This document shows positions 16,273 to 16,289 of a stretch of 16,289 bases of DNA, in pieces. Both the position numbers and the translations under genes were made by a program. The DNA comes from Gemmatimonadota bacterium (lineage in GTDB: Bacteria; Gemmatimonadota; Gemmatimonadetes; Gemmatimonadales; GWC2-71-9). The notes beneath the pieces are model-generated. The model made no database searches. It saw nothing but the letters and a program-made list of their open reading frames with translations, and was not told where the DNA came from. Location: positions 1-16,289 of the forward strand of contig QHTZ01000024.1 in assembly GCA_003221005.1 (NCBI GenBank), given 5' to 3'. Numbering within the stretch: position 1 is the stretch's first letter; each line of letters starts with the position of its first letter.

Positions 16273-16289
16273 GGTCTTACAACGACAGA

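Overview
A high-GC (~70%) bacterial chromosomal segment with no mobile element or CRISPR array; gene order and protein style suggest Gemmatimonadota (inference). A clear XerCD dif site lies at 6386-6413, and flanking operons converge on it, so this is probably the replication terminus. Left arm: a 3'-truncated GT4 glycosyltransferase (- strand, absent from the ORF track), divergent from a coupled + strand operon of SAM methyltransferase, UPF0104 flippase-like protein, YfhO-family GT-C membrane protein, polyprenol-phosphate-mannose synthase-like GT2 and dapF. Right arm (all - strand): secreted TPR protein, DUF512 PDZ/radical-SAM protein fused in frame to Der, plsY, gpsA, MerR regulator, surE (internal deletion and frameshift), pcm, DedA, acyP, apt, tRNA-Arg(CCT) and a YfgM-like TPR protein. 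The best candidate for an undescribed system is a three-component trans-envelope glycosylation cassette plus methyltransferase, together with enrichment of Bacteroidota-type D-(S/T)-x O-glycosylation sequons in the exported proteins. The surE and DUF512/Der lesions may be assembly artefacts.
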